Assembly: GCA_043228905.1 (NCBI GenBank)
Contig: JBHGNT010000012.1
Location: 14,322,001-14,386,000 of the forward strand
Reading direction: 5' to 3'
Source of the DNA: Azolla caroliniana
Lineage: Eukaryota > Plantae > Polypodiophyta
Length of the DNA stretch: 64,000 nucleotides
Part shown: in pieces, positions 1-13,336 of the stretch
Layout: every line of letters starts with the position of its first letter
How positions within the stretch are numbered: position 1 is the stretch's first letter
Program-made: the position numbers and the translations under genes
Notes under the pieces: generated by a model
The model's input: the letters and a program-made list of their open reading frames with translations, nothing else
Databases searched by the model: none
Told to the model about the DNA's origin: nothing

Positions 1-258
1 AATATCCGAAATGAAACATTGCCATCTATGACATTGATTGGGAGCTCGAATTTTGGATATCGATCAAGACAAAGGGATTTAGAAGCGCAGCTCTTCTTGA
101 CAACCTTAGACCCAATGTTGAGAAGGAAATTAAAAGAAGAAACCGATCTTTTATTTCTACATGGTCAGCGTGTTCGTCGCACACACTTTCTTGATCAAGA
201 TCGGTGTGGAGGACCAATGTCTCTATTTGCGGCACAACTAGTCAGGAGCTGGCTATGA
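1..258 (+). CDS. PGS1: 3' end of PLD-superfamily phosphatidylglycerophosphate synthase (PGS1/PEL1 type), partial
   Basis: Frame open from base 1: LPSMTLIGSSNFGYRSRQRDLEAQLFLTT...LVRSWL*. This matches the recalled C-terminus of animal/fungal PGS1 (LTLIGSPNFGYRS..RDLEAQ), including the PLD GSxN motif. Confidence 0.8.
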   Translation, partial: NIRNETLPSMTLIGSSNFGYRSRQRDLEAQLFLTTLDPMLRRKLKEETDLLFLHGQRVRRTHFLDQDRCGGPMSLFAAQLVRSWL

Positions 259-2149
259 TTTGTGGTTCTTTCTCTGATCTAAAATTCCCAAATGACTTTT
301 GAAGCACCTTAATAATCTAGGGGCCAGAGGACAATGTAAAGTATATATAACATAGGTTGTACAAATTTATAGTCAAAGAGCTTAAATTTGTAAGGGGTCT
401 TCGGAAAAACTCATCTGGCCAAAAAATGCATCAACTTCAGAGAATATTAAAGTCTTGTGATGTATTATCTAGTACTGATTCATAGTATTTTGGGATCACA
501 TGTATACTTTGTCCTGAGCAACCAAAAGCATTAACATTTTGGAGAGTAAGTCCAACAAGAAAATTTGTTACCTCAGGATTTATTTGTAATTAATTGTTAC
601 CATCAACTCAACAATCAATGTTCATTAAATGTTACAACTTACAAGTGGTAATACATAAGATTTTTAAGATATATAATGAGCCATATGTAGAAACATTAAA
701 TACCACATATTGGAAGCATGCTGAGGATATGCAAAATTGTATACGTATACATAAAAGTGCATGATGGTGCAAAAATGCAAGGTAGGTATTAGAACCCCTA
801 CAACCAGATATTTTGAAAATGGCCTATCGCTATGGTTAAAATTGGATTGATGTCTAAAGATGTTTTGACTGTTTGCATTTCATGAAAAAAAACTGACTTG
901 CCTTGCATGGCTCCTTTCTTATGTGATGCAGTAAGTTTGAAAATCTGCTTTTTCCATCTTTCTATTTGTTGGTGGTGTCCATATACTTCATACTACATGG
1001 GAACTTGCTTGAATTAAATCTGCCAAGTTGACTTGGAGACCACGAGACAATCGGGACTTAATTGTGATACTTCATGTTGGTATTGCTCCATTGAACATGA
1101 TGGCTTTGCTACATTGTCTTTCACTTTTCCCTTTTTACTCTAGGTTATTTTCCCTCTACGTTATATTCAATTTTGAGGATCTTTTCACTTTTCCCTCTAG
1201 GTTCTTCTAGTATTGAGGATGACTTGGTGAAATGAATTGAACCTGTGTAGAAGGTATGGTGATGAACTTCTATCACACCATCTCGTCATCATTGAGGATA
1301 GGTCTAAACTACACCCTAGGTATATGGATACATGTGTATCATGCATTGAGATGCACTATTATAGAAATCTACAATTCATACATTGAATGGAGATAGGCAA
1401 GTGTAGAGGTGTCAGTCTAGACAAGACGATTTGTCATTTACACAAAATAGAGTGAAATTCTAAGAAACAAAATATGTTGTTTCAAAATCTATTATTAGGG
1501 ATGAGGATACTTTCGATACCTTGAGTTTAGGCCATTCTTGTTGGGAGTTATATCATTAGAGATGGCCAATCTTGCAAGTGGGGAGTTACACTATTCGAGA
1601 TGTTTAGAGTTTCTTTTACAATAAATTCATAGATATGGTCTACTATGTGATTGAGACCCTTCTTGCAAGTGGTCGATTCCTATGATAAAATATGTTTAGG
1701 TCTATTTTTATTAGAGATCCAAATATTTAGACTTGGATAATGGATTTCTACCACTAGAGATGTTCATGCTTTTACCAAGGATCCATTAATTTAGACTCTC
1801 GTGAGTAAACACGACAAGCAAGTCTAAAAGGAAGAATGACCAACACATTGTAGAGAGACAGTGCTTGGCCAAGCATTCCATTTGGGTACATAGATCATCA
1901 CATAAAAGTCATTGCATGGATAGGGAGCATACTCAGTGAAATTTCTTGAGATGGGAATGGTTCGCCATAGAGGGCATTCATGTCATACATCATTTGAGAG
2001 GGATCATGGGTTGATCTACCATTGGTTCTAACTTTCCCATAATGTGTTTACTTTGTACATTGTATCCTCTGCATTACTTGTAACTTGTAAGTCGTACCTA
2101 TGATACTTGCATTATTGTACTTTGATCTCCAAATGCTTCCACATGGAAC

Positions 2150-2427
2150 CATAGTATGAACCATACGTACCATACGTGCATTCGCGAATGAATCAATCAT
2201 TCGCGAAAGAAAAACACCCTCAAAGAATGATAAATATCATACTTTTGGATTAACTATTTATTATGAGGTAGATAAGCCTAAAAATGAAAAAAAAACAAAA
2301 AAAACATTAAAAAAATGGGAAAAAACAAAAAAACAAAACACGAGAATGTTTGGATAACATTCGCATTCGTTTTCCAACGTAGGAAAACGAATGTTATACT
2401 AGACGAACACGAATTTTACGTACTATG
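2150..2427. mobile_element. hAT-type MITE
   Basis: Inverted termini CATAGTA/TACTATG; perfect 8-bp TSD CATGGAAC at 2142-2149 and 2428-2435. Confidence 0.75.
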
Positions 2428-2730
2428 CATGGAACATACCTAATTTGGGCACAATTTAGTTTTGTTATTTTACAAGAAATTTTAAATGTGCACATGAATG
2501 TAACTTTTGGTCTCAAAAGAATTGATTAATAACATAGTCCCAAAATCGCACGGTGCTTTATTTGTTTTATTTACTCGGTGCACTGCTCTTTCATGTTGTT
2601 AATTATATGGATGTCGTAAGTCGTTTTGGCCATTTGAGGATGTTAACACTCTCTAGTGTGTATCAATTTGGCCTTTTAAGGAAATTCATGTAATAGTCTC
2701 TAATACGTAACAACATGCTAATCTACATAC

Positions 2731-3449
2731 TAATGGGATCGAATCATAGATCTCTGAGGAAGATATGCTGAAATGTACAGACAGGACATGAAAACAACAA
2801 ATACACAAGATACACAGTTTTACGTGGAAACCCTGAATGGGGAAAACCACAGGAACAGAGATCCACTACACAAATAGAGAATGCAAAAGGAGACAAGAAT
2901 ACAACACTCTCCTATACAAAGTGTATCAGCCATGCAAGGCTCTTGGTGTCTAACCTCACTCAAGGAGACACAGATACAACACTCTCCTATACAAAGTGTA
3001 TCAGCCACGCAGGGCTCTTGGTGTCTAACCTCACTCAACTATGGCACCGCTCACACTCTCACTCACAGAAACTCTATTCCACACTCTAACCATAATGTTT
3101 GGCCTAAGCGTACTTATACTTATACACTCTATGGGCTATTTACAAATGTAGTTCCTACTACTACTATTATTGTTATTATTATAGTTATAACTATATCCAT
3201 TAATCAACCGAGTAGTCGACTAGTTAGCTAGTCAATTCGACTAGTCGACTCCTGTGTCGACTGTCCAATCGTCACAACTAGTCGGTCTTATCCTCAACTT
3301 GGATAATCTATTGTCAGCTCTCAGCCTGACCAGTCGGATACTCGTCATTGACTGTCGTCGCTTACTCAATCGAACAGTCGACGACTCCTTGTCTTCGACT
3401 GTTGGCTCAAACAGTCGGCTCCTCCCACATGAGGGACATATTCCTAACA
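2731..3449 (-). repeat. Copia 3' LTR with internal ~75-bp tandem duplication (2887-3037)
   Basis: Colinear with 13337-14000, which carries only one copy of the duplicated unit. Confidence 0.9.
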
Positions 3450-3469
3450 AACTCCCCCTTCACTCCTGT

Positions 3470-6400
3470 GGGAGGGAGTCAACTAGTCCTGTCTTTTGTG
3501 GACAGACTCTGAGTCTATCCATTGGTAGGTTCTTTGTGAGCATGTCAGATCCATTGTCGTTGGTGTGGAGCTTCAAAAGGGTAAACTCCCCGTCATCCAC
3601 TTTTTCCCGCAACTAGTGATACCTTCTCTGTATATGCTTGGTTCGGGAGTGGTATGTAGTGTTCTTGGCTAGATGTATGACACTCTGATTATCGGAGTGA
3701 AGTAAGCATCTTTCTTGCTTCATTCCTACTTTATTGAGAAAATTTCTCATCCATATCAACTCCTTGCCGGCCTTTACCACTGCCATATATTCTGACACTG
3801 TGGTTGACAAAGCCATTGACTTATGCAGTCTTGGTTGCCACAACACTACTCCCCCTGCATAGGTCATCACATAACTACATGTGGACTGACTTGTGTCTAT
3901 ATCCCATGACATGTCTGAATCGGTAAATCCTTTGATCATAGATTTTTCGACTCTGAACCTAAGGCATACCCTTGAGGTGCCTTTTAAGTACCTGAGTATC
4001 CATTTGACATCGGCCCAATGTTCTCGTCTTGGATTACACATATATCGGCTTACTGCTCCTACAACAAATGTTATGTCTGGTCTCGTACAAACCATAACAT
4101 ACATCAAACTGCCGATGGCCAAGGCATACGATACTTCTCTCATCTCAACCTTGTCCTTCTCCCCTTTTGGGCATTAATTAGCATTCAACCCGTAGTTTGT
4201 CAGCAACGCAAAGCCGATTGGTTTTGCTTCCGACATGTTGAATCTTTCTAAGATCGTTGTCACATACTTCTCTTGTGACAACAACAACATTTTTTTGTTG
4301 TATCTCGAACTATGTGCATCCCTAAGATACGCTTGGCTGGTCCAAGATCTTTCATGGCAAACGACTTCCCTAGTGCTTTCTTCAAGGTCACGATCCTCTT
4401 TGTGTCTTGTCCGACTATCAATATGTCATCCACATATAATAATAGAATCAAGAAGTCGCCTTCATAGTACCCCTTGATGAACACACAATGATTAGCCTGT
4501 GTTTTATAAAACTTATGTTCCAGCATGAAGGAATCAACTTCTTGTACCATTGGTGTGGAGCTTGTTTCAAACCATACAAGCTTTTCTTCAGTTGACACAC
4601 CAAGTTCTCTCAACCTTCAAGCTGCTACATATAGATCTCTTCATCTAGCTCTCCATGCAGGAATGTTGTTTTGACATCCAACTGTTCGATCTCCAAATCC
4701 ATACTAACAACTATGCGTAGAACAGTTCGGATGGATGACATCTTCACAACTAGAGCAAATATCTCGTCAAAGTCGACACCCTTCTTTTGTTGAAAACCCT
4801 TCACCACGATGCGGGCTTTATATTTGGGTGCATTATCGACTTCTCCAGTTTTTACCTTGTAGACCCATTTATTCTTGAGTGCTCTCTTACCTTTTGGTAG
4901 CTCCACCAAATCGTAAGTATATTTTTTGTGCAAGGAGTCCATCTCGTCTTGCATTGCACTCAACCATTTCTCCTTGTGCTCATCAGTCGTGGCCTCATCA
5001 TAACAATTAGGCTCACCTCCATCAGTCAAGAGGATATATTTATTGGCATATGTAGTCAGTGCTCTCCTTTCTCTTAGAGGGTATCTCCTTCCACCCGTTG
5101 TCAGCTCCGGTTCGGATTTTCCCGCCGACTCTTTAGTCGGCTTGGGTTCATACATGTCGATCGGTTGCTTAGGGTTAGCTGACTCTGACTCGTATTCTTT
5201 TATGGACTTCAATAGGTCTATCGACTCCGACTCATCTATATTTGTCGGTTGCTCTGAGTCGACCAACTCGAATTCTATTGTGCCGACTAGTTGTCTCCAA
5301 ATAGCCGATTGTGTCTGTTTGAGTAGTCTTTAAGTCAGTGATGGTGGAAGTCGACTAGGAAGTCCATTCTGACTTCTCTTGTTTCCAGTCCTCGATTGTC
5401 TTGTCTTCCAAGAAGACTACATCTCGACTCCTCACTACTTTCTTTTCGACTATGTCCCACAACCTATACCCGAACTCATCCTCTGAGTACCCCAGGAATA
5501 TGCATGGTTTCAACTTATTGTCGAGCTTCGACCTCTGATCCTTAGCCACATGCATATACACTAAGCATCCGAACACCCTCAAGTTTTGGTAGGAGACCTC
5601 TTTTCCTATCCACACCTCTGTGGGACATCACCCTTCAATGACACTAAGGGAGACATGTTGATCAGATAAACAGTTGTATACATCGCCTCAGCCTGGTACG
5701 ATTTCAGCAGCTTAGCATGCGACAACATGCTCCTTACTCTCTTTGTTATCGTCGGATTCATCCTCTATGCAAGCCCGTTCAACTCACGGGTCTTCGGCAC
5801 TGTGTATTCGATTTGAATACCTTGGGCCTTGCAGTACTCTTCGAACTGCCCTCTATATTCACCATTGTTGCCGGTTTGGACAACCTTCAACTTCCGACCC
5901 GACTCTCTTTCAACCCTTGCCTGGAATTCCTTAAAGAACAACAGTACTTGGTCCTTCAACTTTAGTACAAAAGCCCACAACTTTCGATTATAGTCATCTA
6001 TGAATGTCACAATGTACTGCCCACCTTGATGCGATGGGGCATGTACGTATCACACATTTGTGTGTACTAGTTCTAATGCAGCTTCTCTTCTCCTTGGTGG
6101 TCTCGTGTGGAATGCAACTCTGTTCTATTTTCCGACTAAGCAGTCGACACACTCTCCAAGTGTACTCCTTTCACTTCTGAGAGAAGTTTCTGGTCAGCTA
6201 GGATGTGCATTCCCTTTTCACTCATGTGGCCTAGCCTCTTATGCCATAACTCACCACTCGAGTTGGCTGCCACATTTGCTTCCAACTTGCACAGTTGGGC
6301 ATGCATCATATACAGAGTGCCCTGCTTCTGTGCTCAGGCCCCTATGAGGTTTCCCCAACAGAACTTCCATTTGCCATTTCGAAAACTACCACTATAGCCT

Positions 6401-7494
6401 TTGTCATCCATTCTTCCAGTTGATATCATATTCAACCTAATATCGGGCACATGTCCAACATCCTTTAGGATCAACCGACAACCAGTCGACGTTATCAGAC
6501 ATACATTTCAAATGCCAACTATCTTGCACTCACCATTATCTCCCATCTCTACATAGTCATGGTCCCCAGCTGTGTAAGTTGAGAAACACTCTCTCGACAG
6601 AGTTATATGGAAAGATACACCCGAGTCGATTACCTAGGTACACTCTTCACTTGCAAGATTTGTGCTTGTCTGCTCACAAATGAACAAGATCTCCTCTTCA
6701 CTTGTAGTCACGGCTGATGTGCTCCTCCTCAGAAATTTTTCTGGGTTCAACATCCTTTGGTGCACCTTTGTCCTTCTTAAGGTGTCGACAATTCTTCTGG
6801 AAGTGTCCAAGCTTTCCACAATAGAAACATGTGAGCTTACCTCTGGACTTGGACCTGACTTGGGATTTGTCTCTCCTTTGTGGACTTCTCTATTTGTTCC
6901 TTCCTCTACCAGGATGTTGAGCCATATTTGATTCCGACTAGAATAGGACACCCTTGTCCTTCCTTCTTGTCTCCTCGTTCAGGATACTTGTCTTTACCAC
7001 TTAAAGATAAGTTTTCTTCTTGACACGAGGTGCTAAGAGTCACCACCAGGTCCTCTCAGCTGTCTGACAAAGTACACATCAGTAGCAAGGCCTGCATAGC
7101 ATCATCCAAGGGAAACTTGGTTGCCGCAAGTTGATTTACTAGCCCCATGAATGTGTTGATGTGTTCCACTATGCTTTCTCCGTTCCTGTACTGCAATCTG
7201 ACTATCTTTCTCATCAAAGACATCTTGTTGAGGGCATTCTTCCTCTCGTACAACCCTGACTGTTTCTACCACATCTCGTGGGCATTTGTGTCGTTCGCCA
7301 CATGCTGAAGGGCACTAACATACACGCATTGTCTGATGGTGGCCATCACCTTCTGGTTGAGGAGTTTCCATTCAGACTCTAATACCCCCGTGGGTATTTT
7401 TTCTCTATCGATGGGCTCATACAGATCTTTGATGATGAGAAGATCCTCCATTTTGATCTTCCAGTCTGCATAGTTTTGTGAGTTCAGGGCCATC
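3470..7494 (-). pseudogene. Copia gag-pol, frameshifted and with stops
   Basis: ORF fragments 7266-7493 and 7056-7253 (gag), 5765-6010 and 5355-5615 (integrase), 4625-5266 and 4260-4613 (RT), 3613-4143 (RT/RNase H). Confidence 0.9.
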
Positions 7495-7678
7495 TATCAT
7501 GATAACACTCACATCATGCATCGAAAGGATCATGACACTCACATTATGACTCGAAAGGATTTGAACCCACGACCTTGTTGTACACATGTCAAATCCTTAA
7601 CCATTGTATTAATATTCTTTTATGTATAGTTTTTAGAATATGAAATCTAATATCATAGGAATATTCTATATTACTCTA

Positions 7679-7815
7679 CATTCTAGAATGACCTAGAATA
7701 TTCTAGAGTGTTTTATACCACTAGAACCTTCTAGAATACTCTAGAGATCTTCTAGATTACTCTACATTCTAGGATAACCTAGAATATTCTAGAGTGTTTT
7801 CTATTACTTATAAAT
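7679..7815 (+). promoter_or_regulatory. LTR promoter: heat-shock-element-like array plus TATA box
   Basis: Repeated TTCtaGAA/GAAtaTTC, including perfect GAAccTTCtaGAA at 7724-7736; TATAAAT at 7809-7815. Confidence 0.55.
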
Positions 7816-8052
7816 AGGGATCTACCACCCATCCCAAGCCTAAATTGGTTCAATGTCATTTTGTAGCCTACGCTTTGTAATCCATTTTACTCTTCAATAT
7901 AATAATTCTCTTTCAATTATCTCTCTATCTCTCTTTGTCTCTCTTTGTCTCTCTTAGTCTTGACAGTTTGAACCAATTTTTTCCTTTCATCTCTTCATCT
8001 TCCACAAACCCTAACAAGTTCTCTTCTTCCTTCTCCTCTCCCCTCGTAAGCT

Positions 8053-11000
8053 ATGGAGTCCATGAGCAAACAAGAATACATGCGTGTTCTTTCTGAGCTC
8101 GACATGCTCACGAATAAATTTGTGGCATTAGAGCATGAGAATCAAAGGCTACTTGGAGATCTACAACACGTGAGCGCCGAAAAAGCTCAACAATATGAAG
8201 AGTTATCACAGCGGGTTCATCAACTCGAGGCGACTATATTGTCATTACGAGAGCAAGTGTCGAGGGCTCAGAACTCCCCTAGAGAGCCAAAGATTAGTCT
8301 CCCCGCCAAGTTTGATGGTATGAGGTCTTTATTTCGAGGCTTTTTGAATCAAGTTCGTCTAGTTATTCAGCTACATCCCAATCGGTATCCAACTGATGTT
8401 GCTCGTGTGGGATTAGTGGGAACTTTGCTATGGGTACGACGTTAGCATGGTTCGCACCACTTCACGAGAAGAAATCACCATTGCTGGAGGATTTCGAGGC
8501 ATTTGTTAAAGAGTTTCAAGCTAGTTTCGGAGACACCAACATCACTAGGACAACAATAAACAAGATTCGAAGGCTCCGACAAGGAGATCGTTCCGCGTCG
8601 GCTTATGCAGCCGATTTTTGTCTCTTGGCATGCGATATCCCTTGGGATGAGGCGGCCCTAATGGATCAATTCCGTCAAGGTTTGAGAAATGATGTCAAAG
8701 ATCTTCTTCTTACTTTCCTTGAAGATCCGAAGTCGCTTACAGAAGCCATTAGTCGAGCCGTGCGATGTGATAATTGCCTATTTGAGCGACGTTCTGAGCG
8801 CCAACAAATGTTATGCTGCCAACCTGAGCAGACTTACGCTTCCGTAATCGCAACGCCTCCACAAGTTTCTAGACCCATTACAAGGGATGGCCCAACTCCG
8901 ATGGAAATAGAGTCAACACAACGTTGTGGGCCATTATCAGATGCTAAGAAGCAACAACGTCAAGCGCATCACCTCTGCTTGTATTGTGGTGGTCCAAGAC
9001 ATATAGCTATAAATTGTCCACATAAACCTAGGCGTCAAGTATACCAAGTAAGTGCCCATGAAAACCCTACATCGAGTTCTATTGTTACTTCTAATAACAT
9101 AAATAAGCCTCATGGTCCATGCCATGAGAATAGATTCAATGTCTTGAGTCAATTAGAAGATGTTTTAAACGATTAAGTCTGGCCAAAAGAGGAGCCATTT
9201 GGCTGGACCATCCTAGCTATGTAGAGTTAGTTCGTAGTCGTGGTTCCATTTCATCAAATCAGGTGAGTCGAGTTTTTTAAACACAAGTCGAGCTTACCAC
9301 ATCTACATGACATCGAGTCCTAGCCTCTGCCCCTCCTAGATCTTGGAGCCAACTCTTGTTTCATGGATCATGAATTTGCCTTGTCACAAAACATCCTCTT
9401 GAATAAGCTTCCCAGCCCAGTAGCCGTAGGAGTCATTGATGGACGTCCCATAGCATCAGGAGATATAGTCGAGGAGTCCGAGCCAATTAGGATAGTTCTT
9501 GGCTATTTGGCAAGCATAATCTCTTTCAACATTATTCATAGTCCGGAACACCCAATAGTTCTAGGTCTCCCTTGGTTTGAATTCCATAACCCGAAGATTG
9601 ATTGGATGAAAAGAACAATTGAGGAGACCCGGGAAAAAAGCACAAACCCCGCATCCCTCTCTCCTACATGTGATAATAGATCCCCGAAGTTATCGACCAT
9701 CTCTTTACGACAGTTGCGGGAGGAAGGGGGGAACGAGGCCATGTTCGTCTTCGCAATAATAGCAACTCCATCATCCACTTCACGTGAAGCAGACCTTAAA
9801 CTACCAGAGAAATACAAGGAGTTTTCAGATGTCTTTGATAAGGTGAAGGCCAATACATTTCCGGAGCATTGGCTATACGACTGCCCTATTGACTTACAAC
9901 CAGGGAAAGAACCTCCATGGGACCCAATTTATAATCTCTCCCCTATAGAGCTAGAGACTTTGCGGGAATATATTGATGAGAATCTGGCAAACAAATTCAT
10001 TCGGCATTCTAGATCCCCTACTGGTGCACCTATCTTCTTCGTTAAGAAGAAGAATGGGACTCTTCGGTTGGTTGTGGATTATCGAGGGCTAAACAAAGTG
10101 ACTATCCGGAATAGATATGCTCTACCATTAATCCCAAATCTTTTGGAAAATCCCAATGGTGCAAAATATTTCACGAAGTTGGACCTTCACGGAGCATATA
10201 ATCTAGTTTGGATTCGCTCGGGGGATGAATGGAAGACAGCTTTCCGCACTCGCTATGGACATTTTGAGTATACAGTGATGCCATTCGGTCTCACGAATGC
10301 ACCTGCTGTTTTCCAACATATGGCGAATGATATTTTTCGAGATTTTCTTGATATCTTCACTATAGTTTACATAGATGATATTTTAATCTACTCAAAGACC
10401 CAAGAGGAGCATGAGGTACTGGGTCAACTCCGAGAATATGGTCTCTACGCAAAATTAGAAAAGTGTAGTTTCGGCCAGAATCAAGTGGAATTTTTGGGGT
10501 ATGTTGTATCATCAGATGGTATTGGTCTGGACCCCATGAAGGTACAAGCAATTTTAGAGTGGCAAACGCCCCTTTCAGTGTGTGATGTGCAATGTTTTCT
10601 CAGGTTTGCAAATTTTTATCGAAAATTTATTAAAGATTATTCCAAGGTTGTGCTTCCGCTTACTCAGCTCACACATAAAGATCAACCATTTATATGGAGT
10701 TCAGACGTAGCCGCGGCATTCGAAAGCTTAAAACGAGCATTTACAACGACACCTATCTTAGCACATGTCGACCCAACAAAACGCTTCATCCTCGAAGCCG
10801 ATGCATCTGATTTTGCACTAGGGAGTGTCCTCTCGCAGACTAGAGATGATGGACAGCTACACCTTGTCGCCTTTCATTCACAAAAGTTTGAAGCTGCAGA
10901 GATCAACTACGAGATCCATGACAAAGAGCTTCTTGCAATCGTGGATTCGTTTCAACAATGGTGACATTTTCTAGAAGGTTCTTCTCAGCAGATCATTGTC

Positions 11001-12791
11001 TACAATGATCATAAGAACCTGACTTATTTCCAAAATGCTCGAGTCTTGAGTCGGCGACAAGCCCGGTGGGCACAATTTTTGACGCACTTCGACTTTATCA
11101 TCATATATCACCCTGGGATGCAGCAAGGCAAAGCAGATGCTCTTTCTCGGCGCTCTTATATGGAACTTCGTCCAGGGGAACCTGCATTTGAGCATAAAAA
11201 ACAAATCCTTTTGGGTCCTAATCGATTACGATTAATGGTAGTTGACGCCATAACAACTCTTGAAAATTCGACTCTTCTTGATTCCATTCGAGATCATATG
11301 GCCCCTGATGATTTTACCAAGGATGTTTTGGATCATATCGTCCCGGATCGTGCTTCTTGCTCACAGTCGAAAAATCCTCGTAATGACTATTGTTAGTTCT
11401 ATTGGCATGGTGGTTTTCTATTTCAACAAAATCTATTGTATGTTCCTGATGGTCCCCCATGGCAACAAGTTTTACAACATTGCCATGACTCACCAATGGC
11501 TGGTCATTTTGGAGTTCGCAAGACTCTAGAATTAATTTCTCGACGCTATTGGTGGCCTCGCCTTTGTCATTTTGTTGAGGAGTATGTTCGGAGCTGTGAT
11601 ATATGTTGTCGATCAAAGAGTCCTCGTCACCGATCCTATGGCTTACTACAACCACTTCCCATTCCGGAAACTCCTTGGAAGTCTATATCCTTGGACTTCA
11701 TTATTGATCTCCTAGTTTCAAAAGGTTTTGATGCAATTCTCACAGTGGTTGATCGATTTACCAAAATGGCACATTTCTTGCCATGTACAAAGTCGATTAC
11801 TAGTCAAGAGGCGGTTGATCTCATTATGCGGGAGGTATTTAAGCATCATGGTTAGCCGGATGATATTATTAGTGATCGTGGTCCACAATTCATCTCAAAG
11901 TTTTGGAAGCACGTGTTCAAACTTCTCCACATTTCCGTTAAGCTTTCTTTGGGCTATCATGTTGAAACAAATGGCCAAATTGAGCGTACCAACTAGACAT
12001 TGGAACAATATCTTTGTTGTTTCATCAACTATCAACAAGATGATTGGGTTGATTTTTTGCACTTGGCGGAATTCGCTTACAACAACTCAACCCATTCTTC
12101 TACAGGATATTCCCCATTTTTTGTAAATATGGGTTGTCATCCTCAATGGACGATGAATGCACATCTAGATGTTCCTACCAACCCTGCTGCCGAGGATCAT
12201 CTTAGTCGCCTCCAAGAAATTCAAGCTAACATTCTCCACAATTTGCACGATGCTCAATTTACACACAAGAGTCTTGCCAATCATCATCGTCTAGACTCCT
12301 CAAAAAAGTTCCGCATTGGGGATCATGTATGGCTTCTCCAACACAACATCAAGACCACTCAACCTTGCAGTAAATTGGATTACCAACGTTTTGGCCCTTA
12401 CATGATCACTGGTAGGATAAGTGATGTTGCATTTCATCTTGACCTCCCTCCGCACATGCATCTTCATCCGGTGTTTCATGTATCCCTTTTGGAACCTTAT
12501 ACTACAAGTTCAATTCCGGGCCGTCTTACGCCACCCCCACCACTTGTCGAGTTCTTGGACGGGCCTGAATTTAAAGTTGTTGCCATTCTCAATTCTAAAA
12601 TTGTGCACAACAAGTTGTATTACTTAGTTGATTGGCTAGGCTATACCCCCAATGATCGAACTTGGGAACCTGCCGCAAATCTTTCCAATGACGCAGAACT
12701 CGTCAATGCATTTCATCGCCAATATCCTTGTAAACCATGTCCTAATACAAACCCTATGACCCGTAAGACGTGTCGTCGAAAAGGGGGATAG
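8053..12791 (+). pseudogene. Chromovirus gag-pol with chromodomain, several stops and frameshifts
   Basis: ORFs 8053-8445, 8430-9176, 9363-10964, 11046-11396, 11436-11855 and 12000-12791. Confidence 0.9.
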
Positions 12792-13336
12792 TGTCATCAT
12801 AACACTCACATCATGCATCAAAAGGATCATGACACTCACATTATGACTCAAAAGGATTTGAACCCACAACCTTGTTGTACACATGTCAAATCCTTAACCA
12901 TTGTATTAATATTCTTTTATGTATAGTTTTTAGAATAAGAAATCTAATATCATAGGAATATTACTCTACATTCTAGAATGACCTAGAATATTCTAGAGTG
13001 TTCAATACCACTAGAACCTTCTAGAATACTCTAGAGATCTTTTAGATTACTCTACATTCTAGGATAACCTAGAATATTCTAGAGTGTTCTCTATTACTTA
13101 TAAATAGGGATCTACCACCCATCCCAAACCTAAATTGGTTCAACGCCATTTTGTAGCCTACTCTTTGTAATCCATTTTACTCTTCAATATAATAATTCTC
13201 TTTCAATTATCTCTCTATCTCTCTATCTCTCTTTCTCTCTTTCTCTCTCTTTCTCTCTCTCAGTCTTGACACCATCATTCATGGAAAACCACTCACACCT
13301 CCTTCAATCTTTCACAATGTCGGTCTGATACCAGTT

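Larger units (their letters stand above)
7495..13271 (+). mobile_element. Full-length Ty3/gypsy chromovirus (Tcn1-like), degenerate
   Basis: LTRs 7495-7965 and 12792-13271; TSD CCATC (7490-7494, 13272-13276); PPT AAAAGGGGGATAG before the 3' LTR; gag with zinc knuckle, RT (YIDD), RNase H (DASD), integrase, and C-terminal chromodomain (YYLVDWLGY..TWEP). Confidence 0.95.

Noticed and set aside
1028-2050. Possible degraded retroelement or repeat remnant
   Set aside because: Only weak repeated motifs (TCTTGCAAGTGG, TAGAGAT); no diagnostic domain or termini.
2731-2732. Non-canonical TA LTR termini (also 7495)
   Set aside because: Partner LTRs begin TG, so these are most simply post-insertion transitions.
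2820-3616. ORFs in copia LTRs (also 13336-13898)
   Set aside because: They lie within LTR sequence, and frames are not conserved between the two LTRs.
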